From Thermoproteota archaeon (GTDB taxonomy: Archaea > Asgardarchaeota > Jordiarchaeia > Jordiarchaeales > Freyrarchaeaceae), in contig JAPDJY010000039.1 in NCBI GenBank assembly GCA_029258835.1, positions 32,001 to 96,000 of the forward strand: a stretch of DNA of 64,000 nt, in the 5' to 3' direction. The first letter of the stretch is position 1. Each line of letters starts with the position of its first letter. Shown here in pieces: positions 31,877 to 41,457 of this stretch. The translations under genes were made by a program, and so were the position numbers. A model generated the notes under the pieces. That model did no database searches, had not been told where the DNA came from, and saw only the letters and a list, made by a program, of their open reading frames with translations.

Positions 31877-32398
31877 TTATAAGGGACGACCTAGCCTTGC
31901 TTTCTCATATTTTTCTTGAATTAATGTTAAGAAGGTACTTTCAGATTCTTCTATTTTTGCTATGCTGGATTTAAATTTTTCAAACTCGATTTTAAGTTCC
32001 TCTTTTGCAAGTTGTATTAAATCCGGGTTTTCAAGCACCTTTAGATAATTTTTAATGGTTTTTTGTAAGCTTTCAATGCTTTCCCTGTGTGATCTTATCG
32101 CCCGGATAAAGCCCCATGCTTTCTTTTCTTCATCATCATTTTTAGTAAAGCCGGCCGCATTCTCCGCTGCAATTTCAAATTTGAATAGATACTCACAAAG
32201 ATCATAAAGAACATCTAAGGCAATCTTACCTTCCTTAACCTTTGCTTCTCGATCATTATTTGATTCCATAACCGCTAATGCTTCAGAGAGACGAGAAAGA
32301 GCCTCATGATAACTCTTTAGTGTTGCCCTAAAATCGGAAAGTAACGCAGAAAGTTCTTTTTCAGGATAATCCCTCTTCGCCACCTTGGGACACCCCAC
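31877..32398 (-). CDS. Helical-bundle hypothetical protein
   Basis: 173 aa amphipathic helical ORF; start probably the internal GTG after GGGGTG. Confidence 0.6.
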   Translation of the reverse strand: MGCPKVAKRDYPEKELSALLSDFRATLKSYHEALSRLSEALAVMESNNDREAKVKEGKIALDVLYDLCEYLFKFEIAAENAAGFTKNDDEEKKAWGFIRAIRSHRESIESLQKTIKNYLKVLENPDLIQLAKEELKIEFEKFKSSIAKIEESESTFLTLIQEKYEKARLGRPL

Positions 32399-32536
32399 TT
32401 AAAAGTTCAAAAATGAGGAATACTTGTTTCTTCCTTCGAGAGAGCATCATGAAATCTTAATGTAAGATAGACAATAAAAATTTTTAGCGCTTCAAGGCAG
32501 TTAAATGTTGACGGGCGACCAATTTGGTGAAAGAAA

Positions 32537-33997
32537 ATGAATAATGAAATTGTAAATCTCTTGAAGGAAAAGATAGGCGAGAAGAAGGTGTTCACAGAGG
32601 ACTTCATCAGGTTTGTTTATAGTAGAGACTGGGCGCCGAGACCTGCTAACGAATATTCGCTTCCCGACGTAGTGGTAAGACCTACCAGTACAGAAGAAGT
32701 AGCCGAAGTAGTCAAAATTGCTTATAAATATAACGTACCAGTCGTCCCATTTGGTGGTGGAACCGGCATGGGAGGAGGAGCGGTTCCCTCAGAGGGAGGG
32801 ATCTTAATTGACACGAGAGGACTTAATAAGGTCTTAGAGGTAGATAAGGAAAACAGGGTTGTGGTCGTGCAAGCGGGAATAACCGTAGAAGAGTTAAACA
32901 AAGAATTGAACAAGCATGACCTCTGGTGGCCTCATGATCCCGAGAGTAAGCCAGCTTCTACGGTTGGAGCCGCTATAGCGTGTGACAATGATGGAACGTT
33001 CGGAATAAGATATGGAAAAATGGTGGACTATTTGTTAAATGCAGTTATCGTCACAGGTACGGGTGATATCTTAAGGGTTGGCCATAGGAAAGCGCTTTGC
33101 ACGTCTACCGGATATAAACTTCATTGGCTTATGATAGGGGCAGAGGGAACGCTTGGAATAATAACGGAAGTAACGCTTAGAGTTTTCCCTAAACCCGATG
33201 TGAGACAGGTTGAGGCTGCCGTTTTTAAGTCTATTTCTTCTGCAGTATCGGTGCTTGAAAGGATGCTTCAAGCAGGGTTAAACGTGGAAAGCGCCCACAT
33301 AAATTGTAAGAAAAGATTACAGTTTTATACGCATGCATACAGGCAGAAATACGGTAAAGCGCCTGACATACCTGAGTGGGCTGAAGCCATTCTTTTCGTA
33401 TCCTTTAGTGGAGATGAAGAAGTTGTTGAGTTTTCCAGAAGTTATGCATTGAAGCTTATTGAGGATGCTGGTGGCGTCATAGTCAAGGAGAGAGAGCTTG
33501 TCGATAGTTGGTGGACCAGTAAACATCTATTGAGATTTGAGCCTTTCAAGCAGAAGTGGCCAGACAGTCAAAGAGTACGGAAGTTTGGAGCCGCAGACCT
33601 AGGTATTCCGATAGGGAGAATAGAGGAAGCATATAGGAAGTATTTAGAAATTGCTGCTAAGCACGGGATAGAAGTATTGGGCATGTGCGTTTACCATCAG
33701 AGACCTAATAGAGTAAGTCCAAGTATAAGTTTTGCAGTTTTTGTTGATGATAGTGATCCTAACGAAGTGAAGCGATTTTACAAGTATGTTGCAGAGATGA
33801 GCAAGATGGCTGTTGACCTTGAGGGAACTATGAGTACATACATAGGAGATGGAGAAAGACTTGGAGGGTTTAACCGGTATGAGCACGGGAAAGGGCTTGA
33901 GTACATGCGACGGGTAAAGCAAGTTTTTGATCCTAAGAACATTCTAAACCCGGGTAAAAAGTTTGTATCAAAGTGGATAGGAGAAGGCGAGGTGTAA
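32537..33997 (+). CDS. FAD-binding oxidoreductase (GlcD/D-lactate dehydrogenase family)
   Basis: 'PDVVVRP', 'PFGGGTG', 'GAEGTLGIITE', 'FDPKNILNPGK'. Confidence 0.9.
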   Translation: MNNEIVNLLKEKIGEKKVFTEDFIRFVYSRDWAPRPANEYSLPDVVVRPTSTEEVAEVVKIAYKYNVPVVPFGGGTGMGGGAVPSEGGILIDTRGLNKVLEVDKENRVVVVQAGITVEELNKELNKHDLWWPHDPESKPASTVGAAIACDNDGTFGIRYGKMVDYLLNAVIVTGTGDILRVGHRKALCTSTGYKLHWLMIGAEGTLGIITEVTLRVFPKPDVRQVEAAVFKSISSAVSVLERMLQAGLNVESAHINCKKRLQFYTHAYRQKYGKAPDIPEWAEAILFVSFSGDEEVVEFSRSYALKLIEDAGGVIVKERELVDSWWTSKHLLRFEPFKQKWPDSQRVRKFGAADLGIPIGRIEEAYRKYLEIAAKHGIEVLGMCVYHQRPNRVSPSISFAVFVDDSDPNEVKRFYKYVAEMSKMAVDLEGTMSTYIGDGERLGGFNRYEHGKGLEYMRRVKQVFDPKNILNPGKKFVSKWIGEGEV

Positions 33998-34001
33998 AGA
34001 A

Positions 34002-35109
34002 GTGCAGCTTAAAGAGTATGTTCAAGACGTGTATACTTGTAATAGGACGAGGTGCGGCTACAGCCCCCTTTAATGAAGGGGGCGGCTAATGTATTGAAGA
34101 ATGCCCTTTCTTTAAGGAATTAAGGTTGGAACCATACTCAAGTAGGGGAAAAATGCTAATAGCAAGAGGCATACTTGAAGGTATCATCAAGCCAAGCGAG
34201 AGTCTGCTTAGAATAATTACTGCTTGCACTACATGTGGCTATTGCCTTTACAGGTGTGCTCTTCATAACATAGACGTAATTGTTTCGTTGAGGGCTGAGC
34301 TAGTCCGTGCAGGATACGTTGACCCCGCCCATAAAACGGCTGCTGAAAACATTCTTTCTTTTGGAAATCCCTATTCTAGGGGATTTAAGAAGGATCTTGC
34401 TCTTCCTAGGAAGGCGGAAACAATTTTTTTTGCTGGATGCAGTTACTTCCACCTAGTCCCTGAGAAGCTTAGAGTAATAGAGGAAATTCTGCTGAAGATG
34501 AGAAATGTAGGAAGCCTTGGTGTAAGTGAGCCATGCTGTGGGAACGTTATGCTTTCGACCGGCCAAATCGATGCTTTCACGAGTTACGGTGAAAGGGTTG
34601 TCAAAATGTTTAGAGAGGCAGGTGTTGAACGTATAATTACTGCGTGTCCGGGATGCTATGAGACGCTTTACCAAGAGTACCCGAAGTTTTTCGATTTTGA
34701 CGTTGAAGTCCAGCATATAACCCAGTTTTTAGCAGATGAAATAGAGAAAGGAAAAGTGAAAGTGAAACGTTTAGATGGAGTAGCTACTTTTCATGACCCA
34801 TGCCACCTTGCAAGGTACGCAGGGATAACCGAGGAGCCACGCTTAATTATCGAGGCTACTGGTATGGAAATTGCTGAAATGGAACATAATAGGATGAACA
34901 CTATGTGTTGTGGTGGAGGGGGAGGGGCGCCCCTCGCCCATCCTAGGATTACAGCTAAAATTGCAGAAAAGAGGGTTACAGAAGCTATTAATTCGGGAGC
35001 AGGAACTATAGTAACGGCGTGTCCATTATGCGAGTACATGTTAAGTAGAGGTATTAGACGGAGGAAAAGCACGCTTAAGGTACTAGATATAACGGAGTTG
35101 GTTAAATGA
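34002..35109 (+). CDS. (Fe-S)-binding protein, GlcF/HdrD-like; spliced CDS join(34002..34061,34090..35109), 359 aa
   Basis: GAGGTG SD and GTG at 34002; removing 34062-34089 gives 'MQLKEYVQDVYTCNRTRCGY|CIEECPFF'; second cluster 'CTTCGYC..C' and two CCG domains. Confidence 0.88.
34062..34089 (+). other. 28-nt bulge-helix-bulge (BHB) intron in mRNA
   Basis: GGCU-AC^A-GCCCCCUU(UAAUG)AAGGGGGC-GGCU-AA^U: 4-bp central helix, two 3-nt bulges, 8-bp intron stem, 5-bp exon helix; removal restores CxxCxxxCP. Confidence 0.88.
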
Positions 35110-35128
35110 AAAAATTCCTGATGATTTT

Positions 35129-36052
35129 TTATCGGTAGTATGGGGCTCGTCTTTTTACAGCTTCAATGAAGAGTTTTTTTATTTCCTCTTCGGATGCTCC
35201 CTTCCGCATGGGAGTTAAAACGTCGACTAAATTGTCATTTCGCATGAGGCAAGGCTTAAGCTTTCCATCGCTTGTCACCCGTAGTCTAGTGCAGTTGGCG
35301 CAAAATTCACTATTATGGACGGGTTTGACAAGTTCAACTTCCCCGCCATCCTTTAAAAAGTATTTTTTTCTTTTTTGCATTTTTCTGATTACAACTTTTA
35401 CTGATAGTTCCTCAAGAAGTCTTTCGATGGAGGTAACATCAGCATGATATTTTTTAAGGAAAGAAGCGTTATCAGGAACAACAAGCTCTATGACTTGAAG
35501 GATGATGCCCTTTTTTCTTGAGAAATCTATTAGAGAAGGCAGTTCGGATTCGTTAACATTTTTTAGTAAAACCATATTAAGCTTAACAGGTTTTAGACCA
35601 GCTTTAAGCGCTGCGTCTATCCCGTCCAAAACGCGTCCAAAAAGCGCTTTCCCGGTGATTTTTGCATATTTTTCTTTTGAAAGAGTGTCTAAACTGATGT
35701 TAACTCTCTTCAATCCGGCTTTAGCTAGAGGCCGCGCCCATTCGGAGAGGAGAGTTCCGTTCGTGGTCATTGAGATATCACGTATTCCTTTTATTTTAGA
35801 GAGTAGCTTAACAACCTTCACTATTTCTTTGTAGAGAAGGGGTTCGCCACCAGTTAACTTTATTTTTTCTACGCCGAGGCTGGCAGCCACTTTAACAAGT
35901 AATTCGATCTCCTCAGCGCTCATTTCCACAGTTTTAGGTCCACTGCTGCAACCCTGCCCTTCATGATGACAGTAAAAACAGTTAAGGTTGCATTGCTGGG
36001 TAAGAGAAATTCTAAGGTCATTTACTGGGCGACCATATGGATCAATGAGCAT
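35129..36052 (-). CDS. moaA: GTP 3',8-cyclase MoaA
   Basis: Radical SAM 'CNLNCFYC', 'TGGEPL', C-terminal 'FCANCTRLRVTSDGKLKPCL'. Confidence 0.95.
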   Translation of the reverse strand: MLIDPYGRPVNDLRISLTQQCNLNCFYCHHEGQGCSSGPKTVEMSAEEIELLVKVAASLGVEKIKLTGGEPLLYKEIVKVVKLLSKIKGIRDISMTTNGTLLSEWARPLAKAGLKRVNISLDTLSKEKYAKITGKALFGRVLDGIDAALKAGLKPVKLNMVLLKNVNESELPSLIDFSRKKGIILQVIELVVPDNASFLKKYHADVTSIERLLEELSVKVVIRKMQKRKKYFLKDGGEVELVKPVHNSEFCANCTRLRVTSDGKLKPCLMRNDNLVDVLTPMRKGASEEEIKKLFIEAVKRRAPYYR

Positions 36053-36273
36053 TTTAGCCCCTCACAAGAGGTAGGCGTAGAACTTATGGATGCAAAGGGC
36101 AAAATAAACATTTTCTTATTTTCTTAATGTTGAGCAGAAAAAGCCGGTACAATTTGTTTTGATCGATGTAAATATCTTGCAGGTATTACTTGCTCTTATT
36201 TAACACAATAAACCGTTTGAGATCAAAAGGGGAAGGAAAGGGTGGGTTGATTTTGTTGTTTGAGCGGGGGTTT

Positions 36274-36606
36274 ATGAAGAATGAAGCTGAGACCAGTAGG
36301 GAAAAAGAGGCGTTAAAGAGGTTTGTGATCGGAGATTATGCTAAAATAGCAATTTTAGAGCAGCTCGCCAAAGGGGAATGGTGTACTTTAGGAGAGCTAT
36401 GTAGGATTGCTAAAAATTATGATAAATACATTGGCCCTGTTCGCGTTTCTACAATATTACTATATATAGAGAAAATTGCAAAGAATGTATTGGAAAAAAG
36501 TGAGGGTGGAACTTTAATTAAATGGAGAGTGAAACCTGAAAAGGTTAAAGTTATAGAGGAGTGCGTCGAGGAGGTAAAGACGCGATCTTACCGGAAGACC
36601 ATTTGA
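36274..36606 (+). CDS. Putative winged-helix DNA-binding protein
   Basis: 'KIAILEQLAKGEWCTLGELCR..KWRVK' wHTH-like pattern; start uncertain (ORF open from 36190). Confidence 0.55.
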   Translation: MKNEAETSREKEALKRFVIGDYAKIAILEQLAKGEWCTLGELCRIAKNYDKYIGPVRVSTILLYIEKIAKNVLEKSEGGTLIKWRVKPEKVKVIEECVEEVKTRSYRKTI

Positions 36607-36803
36607 AATGGTAGATAGATGATTAAGCGTGAAGCCATTTACTAAACATTGCATCATTCTCCAAGTAAAAAATAAAGCTATCTAAATGGTGGGCGACATT
36701 TAATATATGAAAAAATGATGAAGAAGTATTCTTCTGGGAGGACGTGTTGGAAATGGAAGTTTTTATTTAAAAACCGTATAGAAGAAAGGGCGGAAAATTG
36801 TTT

Positions 36804-37415
36804 TTATTCAATTTTCAGTTCTTCTATCCCATTACTTGTTATTTTGCAGATTTGGATTGTTCCGCCGGAGGCGACGTCCCTTGATCTGGCAGCTCTTATG
36901 GCGCGCTCCGCTAGTTTAGCGGCTTCTTCGACTAGTATACCATCATGATATTCGTCTTCAAGGATGCCGAAAGCTATAACGGAGCCTGAGCCGGTCGCGC
37001 CAAACTTATCTTCTTCTATAAGGCTACCCATGGGGTCTAAGGTGAATATGTGGGGGCCCGTGCCGTCTACTCCGCCTATAATAAGCATGCTTATGTATGG
37101 AAAAAGCCTATTTTGGAACAATATTAATGATGTTAGGCGGGCTGCTGCTTTTACAGAGACATCTCTCCCTAATTCAAGCTTTAAAAGGGCAAGATTAGCT
37201 TTAAGTGTATCAACTACGTGTTGACAGTCTGCAACAGAGCCGCTAATAGTCACAGCGATCTTATCCGTAATCCTGTGTATTTTAGGGGCTGCTGTACTGG
37301 CAACTAAATTTCCCATTGTTGCTTGTGATTCTGTGGCGAGAACTACTCCGTCCTTGCAAACTATCCCGACAGTTGTTGTACCAGTCATTATGAGTTTTGA
37401 TTTATCATAATGCAT
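36804..37415 (-). CDS. psmB: Proteasome beta subunit
   Basis: Propeptide then 'TG|TTTVG', 'GSVAD', 'TGSGS', 'RDVASG'. Confidence 0.95.
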   Translation of the reverse strand: MHYDKSKLIMTGTTTVGIVCKDGVVLATESQATMGNLVASTAAPKIHRITDKIAVTISGSVADCQHVVDTLKANLALLKLELGRDVSVKAAARLTSLILFQNRLFPYISMLIIGGVDGTGPHIFTLDPMGSLIEEDKFGATGSGSVIAFGILEDEYHDGILVEEAAKLAERAIRAARSRDVASGGTIQICKITSNGIEELKIE

Positions 37416-37545
37416 AGGAATCACCTTTCAATGCTGCCGTCACTTTTCTTGCTGTAAGGTTTCTTATGGCGAAACTATATAAATACTTTCACAATGAAAG
37501 TAAAGAAACATGGTCATTCTGGGGGGAAATCCTAGAGAAAATTAG

Positions 37546-37632
37546 TGGGCGGGCCAGGATTTGAACCTGGGACCTCCACGGCGTCAACTTCACCCTGATC
37601 GTGTGGCGTCATAACCGCTAGACTACCCGCCC
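37546..37632 (-). tRNA. tRNA-Val(GAC) with a 14-nt BHB intron at 30/31 (37589-37602)
   Basis: GGGCGGG/CCCGCCC acceptor stem, TTCAAAT T-loop; after splicing the anticodon arm is CCACG-TTGACGC-CGTGG; BHB helix CGCC/GGUG. Confidence 0.88.
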
Positions 37633-37642
37633 ACGATAATGA

Positions 37643-37782
37643 TGGTGGACCCCGCGGGATCTATTCACCTTTTCTAGGGCTTTGAATTCGCGGTCCCCTT
37701 AGGACACCCGCGGCCTCCGCGATGCCGACGCGCCCCTTGGAAAGGGGAAACGCGGTGCTCTACCAGGCTGAGCTAGGGGCCC
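37643..37782 (-). tRNA. tRNA-Ala(GGC) with three introns: 33/34 (37727-37748), 53/54 (37687-37706), 58/59 (37661-37681); CCA encoded
   Basis: G3:U70 Ala determinant; removing 22+20+21 nt yields a canonical 77-nt cloverleaf; each intron has a 4-bp central helix with BHB/BHL geometry. Confidence 0.88.
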
Positions 37783-37936
37783 ACCGTGATGACAGAAATA
37801 ACATTAAAGGTTTAAGTATTTTTCGGAGGGAATTCCTAACAAGAAAATTTACTTTAAAGAGGTTCTCCTAAAAGTTTAGCTTTAAAAGGAGAAAGTATTT
37901 TTTGGGTTTTTATAATAAAATAGGGTTTAATGGGTT

Positions 37937-38329
37937 TTGGGGAAAGTGATGAATTGGGATAATTCATTTTACTGGTGGATCGCGAACCCCGGAATAAACT
38001 TTTTGCTTTCACTCATTTTTTCTGTTATAGCATTCATAAGTATTCTATTTTTTTTAAGTAATTTGATTAGATTATCAGTTAATCAAAAAAATAGGAGCAG
38101 GTATATTATAGGTCTATTAGTTTCCATGATTGTAGTAGGAATTTGTGTAAGATGGGATTGGTTCCTTATCTACATAGGTAATCTATCGAGCTTTTTGGTA
38201 GAAGGTATAGGAGACATATTTATGAAAGTTATTTACTACTGGCATTTTTACAATTCTAATCAATTTACAAATACTACTACAATGCTTCAAGGCCTATTAG
38301 AAAGGCTACTCGTTTTGAACTTTAACTGA
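37937..38329 (+). CDS. AT-rich small membrane hypothetical protein
   Basis: Two to three hydrophobic segments; low GC. Confidence 0.55.
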   Translation: MGKVMNWDNSFYWWIANPGINFLLSLIFSVIAFISILFFLSNLIRLSVNQKNRSRYIIGLLVSMIVVGICVRWDWFLIYIGNLSSFLVEGIGDIFMKVIYYWHFYNSNQFTNTTTMLQGLLERLLVLNFN

Positions 38330-38424
38330 ACATTGAAACTATTAAATTTCAACTGGAAAAGGAGCCCATACAGTTTTGAATTTTAAATCTTTAAAGAAAG
38401 AATGTAAAAGGGAGCAAATATAAG

Positions 38425-38688
38425 CTACTTATTCCTAAGTGTGTATATCTCATTGTCTACAAGTATATAAAATGTGTAGTCATGGAGTATGATTGGCTTC
38501 CTAAATAAGAAAGCTAATTTTAGAAAGTTTGAGACTTGTGCTTCACCCTTAAAAACTATTTCAGAACTCACTTGTTTGTTAAGTTTAAATTCATCAGGAG
38601 AAATTATCGGAACCTTCTCTTCTTTAGCTTTACTTTTAACCCGTTCCACAAATTCAGCCTTCTCTGGGTCTTCACCGAAAATAGGCAT
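38425..38688 (-). CDS. Small hypothetical protein
   Basis: GGGGG SD before ATG; typical codon usage. Confidence 0.6.
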   Translation of the reverse strand: MPIFGEDPEKAEFVERVKSKAKEEKVPIISPDEFKLNKQVSSEIVFKGEAQVSNFLKLAFLFRKPIILHDYTFYILVDNEIYTLRNK

Positions 38689-39196
38689 TTAATCTTTCCC
38701 CCTTCGAACAAGTTATCACTTATGCTCCGTTATAATTTCAAAGTAACTCTAAACTTTTTAATGTTTCTTTCGCACCACTCCTCACATCAGATAGTGCAAG
38801 TCTTAATAGTTAAAGGCAAATATTTAAACAATTTATAGAACATACCATAATCATTAAGAACTTTAAAAATGTTAGTAGATCATTGATCATAACGCTTAAA
38901 AGCAAACCTAAATTATGGAATGTAATAGCCATATTATCAATATTCTTACATAACAACGTCGGCGTCCACCAAAAACATTCTAGATGGAAGGCAATCCGCA
39001 GTTTCCACATCAGAACATTGCTTAGAAAAATGTAAGGAAGTTCCTTTAGTGGCTATTCCAAGGAGCAAGAGGATTTTTAAAAGGAGAATAAAACAACAAT
39101 GTGAAATGCAGAAGCAAGGGAGAGCAACAATAAAGATACTTTTTTAAAGAAACATGAATTTTGGTTTTAGCTGGAAAAGAGAGAAAAGCGGGTGAA

Positions 39197-39922
39197 ATGG
39201 GGGAAGTATTTAATTTGACCCAAGAGGGCAGTTCGATCTCAAAGGGAGACTTTATTCTTGTTGACTTAACTGGCCGTGTAAAAAATGGGGAAGTTTTTGA
39301 AACGACGTCAAAAGATGTTGCTGAGAAAGAGGGAATATATGATGAGGGACAAGCTTATGAACCTAAACTTGTTATTGTGGGTGAGGGATGGATTCTCCCG
39401 AAGTTAGATGAAGTACTGGAAAAAATGAGAGTTGGTGAGACGAGAACTGTTAAAATAGAAAATGCTTTTGGAGAGTGGAAGAGAGAAAATGTTAAGTCCT
39501 TACCACTAAAGGAATTCTTAAAAAGTAATATTGAACCTAAACCAGGAATGCGCGTAAGAATAGGAAACAGGTTAGCTACTGTTAAGAGGGTTGGTGGAGG
39601 GCGGGTTCGTGTTGATTTAAATCATCCTTATGCGGGAAAAACTGTTGTCTATGAGGTCACAATAAAAGAAAAAATAACTGATAAACAAGAGAAGATAAAA
39701 GCATTGATTAGAAGGAGAATGCCGGACATTCCATTAGAAAAAACCAAGATCACAACCAGCAATGAAGAGAGGATCATAATTGAATTACCAAAAGAAGTAT
39801 TATTTGCGGATGGAGTACAGTTTGTTAAGTATGGTATAGCAAATGATCTTAAAAGATACTTGAATTTTGAAGAGATAATATTTGTCGAGAAATATGGCGA
39901 AGAATTACTCGGTAGGTCTTAG
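39197..39922 (+). CDS. Long-type FKBP peptidyl-prolyl isomerase (SlyD-like)
   Basis: 'GEVFETT', 'VIVGEG', 'VRVDLNHPYAGKT'. Confidence 0.92.
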   Translation: MGEVFNLTQEGSSISKGDFILVDLTGRVKNGEVFETTSKDVAEKEGIYDEGQAYEPKLVIVGEGWILPKLDEVLEKMRVGETRTVKIENAFGEWKRENVKSLPLKEFLKSNIEPKPGMRVRIGNRLATVKRVGGGRVRVDLNHPYAGKTVVYEVTIKEKITDKQEKIKALIRRRMPDIPLEKTKITTSNEERIIIELPKEVLFADGVQFVKYGIANDLKRYLNFEEIIFVEKYGEELLGRS

Positions 39923-40351
39923 ATACGCCAGTCTCAACGTTTTTCCAGCTTGGCAATCATTAATAACGCCTTCAACACTTTCAACTATGCACCGATCGCC
40001 AGGTCTTAAAAATTCAGGGTTGCATAAATTTATGTTGGGACAATCGGAAAAATGGCATTCTATGGGTTTATAAAGTATTAAGGCGCCTTTCACAGCTTGC
40101 TTGGAGTCAAGCACTGCTAAGATAGGAGAGAAGACCACTTCAACTGTTTTCACCCCGTCTTCATGTATCTTGCATGGATGTACCATGTCCCTAACATTAA
40201 CAACCTCGTACACGCGTCCAGGCTCTAAATTTTCAATACAAACCTTCTGTAACGTACATGACTTACAAAGATCAACTGCTCCGCAATGTATAAATTTAAA
40301 ACCAATCTTAGCCTGCCTAACCCCCACCAAAGTTAAGAAGCGGCGAGTCAA
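39905..40351 (-). CDS. UPF0179 family protein
   Basis: 'TLVG..AKIG..F..C..C..C..NLEPGRVYEV..R..HPC.IH'. Confidence 0.85.
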   Translation of the reverse strand: MTRRFLTLVGVRQAKIGFKFIHCGAVDLCKSCTLQKVCIENLEPGRVYEVVNVRDMVHPCKIHEDGVKTVEVVFSPILAVLDSKQAVKGALILYKPIECHFSDCPNINLCNPEFLRPGDRCIVESVEGVINDCQAGKTLRLAYLRPTE

Positions 40352-40377
40352 TGTATAATTGCCTCCCTTTAAAGAAT

Positions 40378-41457
40378 TTAGCTTATAACACCCGTCACGG
40401 TTGCTAATCGTATAGCAGCCTCCCTGTTTATTCCTCGTTCACCAAGGATCGTATATCTATCAGGGCGGATAGTATGAGCCATACAGAGAGCCTTTATGAT
40501 GTATTCAGGGTCGATCCCTAACTCTTTCGCTGTTGTAGGTGCACCTATGGTTTTTAACGCGTCTCTAATTGCCTGCCAATCTCCGCCATGAAGGTACATC
40601 ATCATTATTGCTCCAATGCCACATTGCTCCCCATGAAGTGCGGGATTTGGAGCAATCATATCTAGAGCGTGACTAAACATATGCTCTGCGCCACTAGCTG
40701 GTCGACTGCTACCGGCAATACCCATGCTAACGCCACTACTTATTAGGGCTTCTATAACGGTACGTAGACTGTCCTCGGTCCTTTGAGCTATAAAGGAGGC
40801 ATTCTGTAAAATTAATTCACCACTTAAACGGGCAAGGGACGCAGCGTATTCGCCGAAATACTCATTTTTTAGCTTGTATGCCAGCTCCCAATCTTTAACC
40901 GAAGTTATATTAGCTATAACATCTCCACATCCAGCGGCAGTTAGTCTGTAAGGGGAACTACCTATTATGTTAGTATCTGCTATTATAACAAGCGGTGTAG
41001 ATGCTTTAAGAGAATGAGGGGTTTTTGCGTTCTTAATGCTTGCACGTGGAGAGGCGATTCCGTCATGGGATGCAGCGGTAGGCACGCTTATAAAAGGTAA
41101 ACCTTCAAGATGAGCGGCAAGCTTTGCAACGTCAATTACAGTACCTCCACCAACTCCAAGTACTACACTTGGGTGAAGGACATGAATTTTCATTCTTACT
41201 TTGTCGACTTCACACATGGTAGGATTTTCCACTATTATCATTGAATTAGGTATTTTAGAATCCTCTAGAGACCCAGCAACTTTCTTACCAGCTACTTTAC
41301 TCGTTTTTGGCCCAGAAATTATAAGAGCAGATTTTGTTAGACCTAATTTAACGCAGACATCGCCAGCCATATTAATTACATCTCGGCCTACAAGCACTTC
41401 CCTTGGTAACTCCATCTTATGTACAGGTAAACGCACTTGTAACGGCAGCATTTCCAT
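40378..41457 (-). CDS. egsA: sn-glycerol-1-phosphate dehydrogenase
   Basis: 'GVGGGTVIDVAK', 'PTAASHDGIAS', 'SRPASGAEHMFSHALD', 'HGEQCG', 'RYTILG'. Confidence 0.96.
   Translation of the reverse strand: MEMLPLQVRLPVHKMELPREVLVGRDVINMAGDVCVKLGLTKSALIISGPKTSKVAGKKVAGSLEDSKIPNSMIIVENPTMCEVDKVRMKIHVLHPSVVLGVGGGTVIDVAKLAAHLEGLPFISVPTAASHDGIASPRASIKNAKTPHSLKASTPLVIIADTNIIGSSPYRLTAAGCGDVIANITSVKDWELAYKLKNEYFGEYAASLARLSGELILQNASFIAQRTEDSLRTVIEALISSGVSMGIAGSSRPASGAEHMFSHALDMIAPNPALHGEQCGIGAIMMMYLHGGDWQAIRDALKTIGAPTTAKELGIDPEYIIKALCMAHTIRPDRYTILGERGINREAAIRLATVTGVIS

Noticed and set aside
34061-34088. Insert in the Fe-S gene read as a MITE with a 7-bp target-site duplication (making the gene a pseudogene)
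   Set aside because: Removing it in the TSD register gives TGC GGC TAA (stop). The BHB register (34062-34089) restores TAC TGT, and the rest of the gene is intact.
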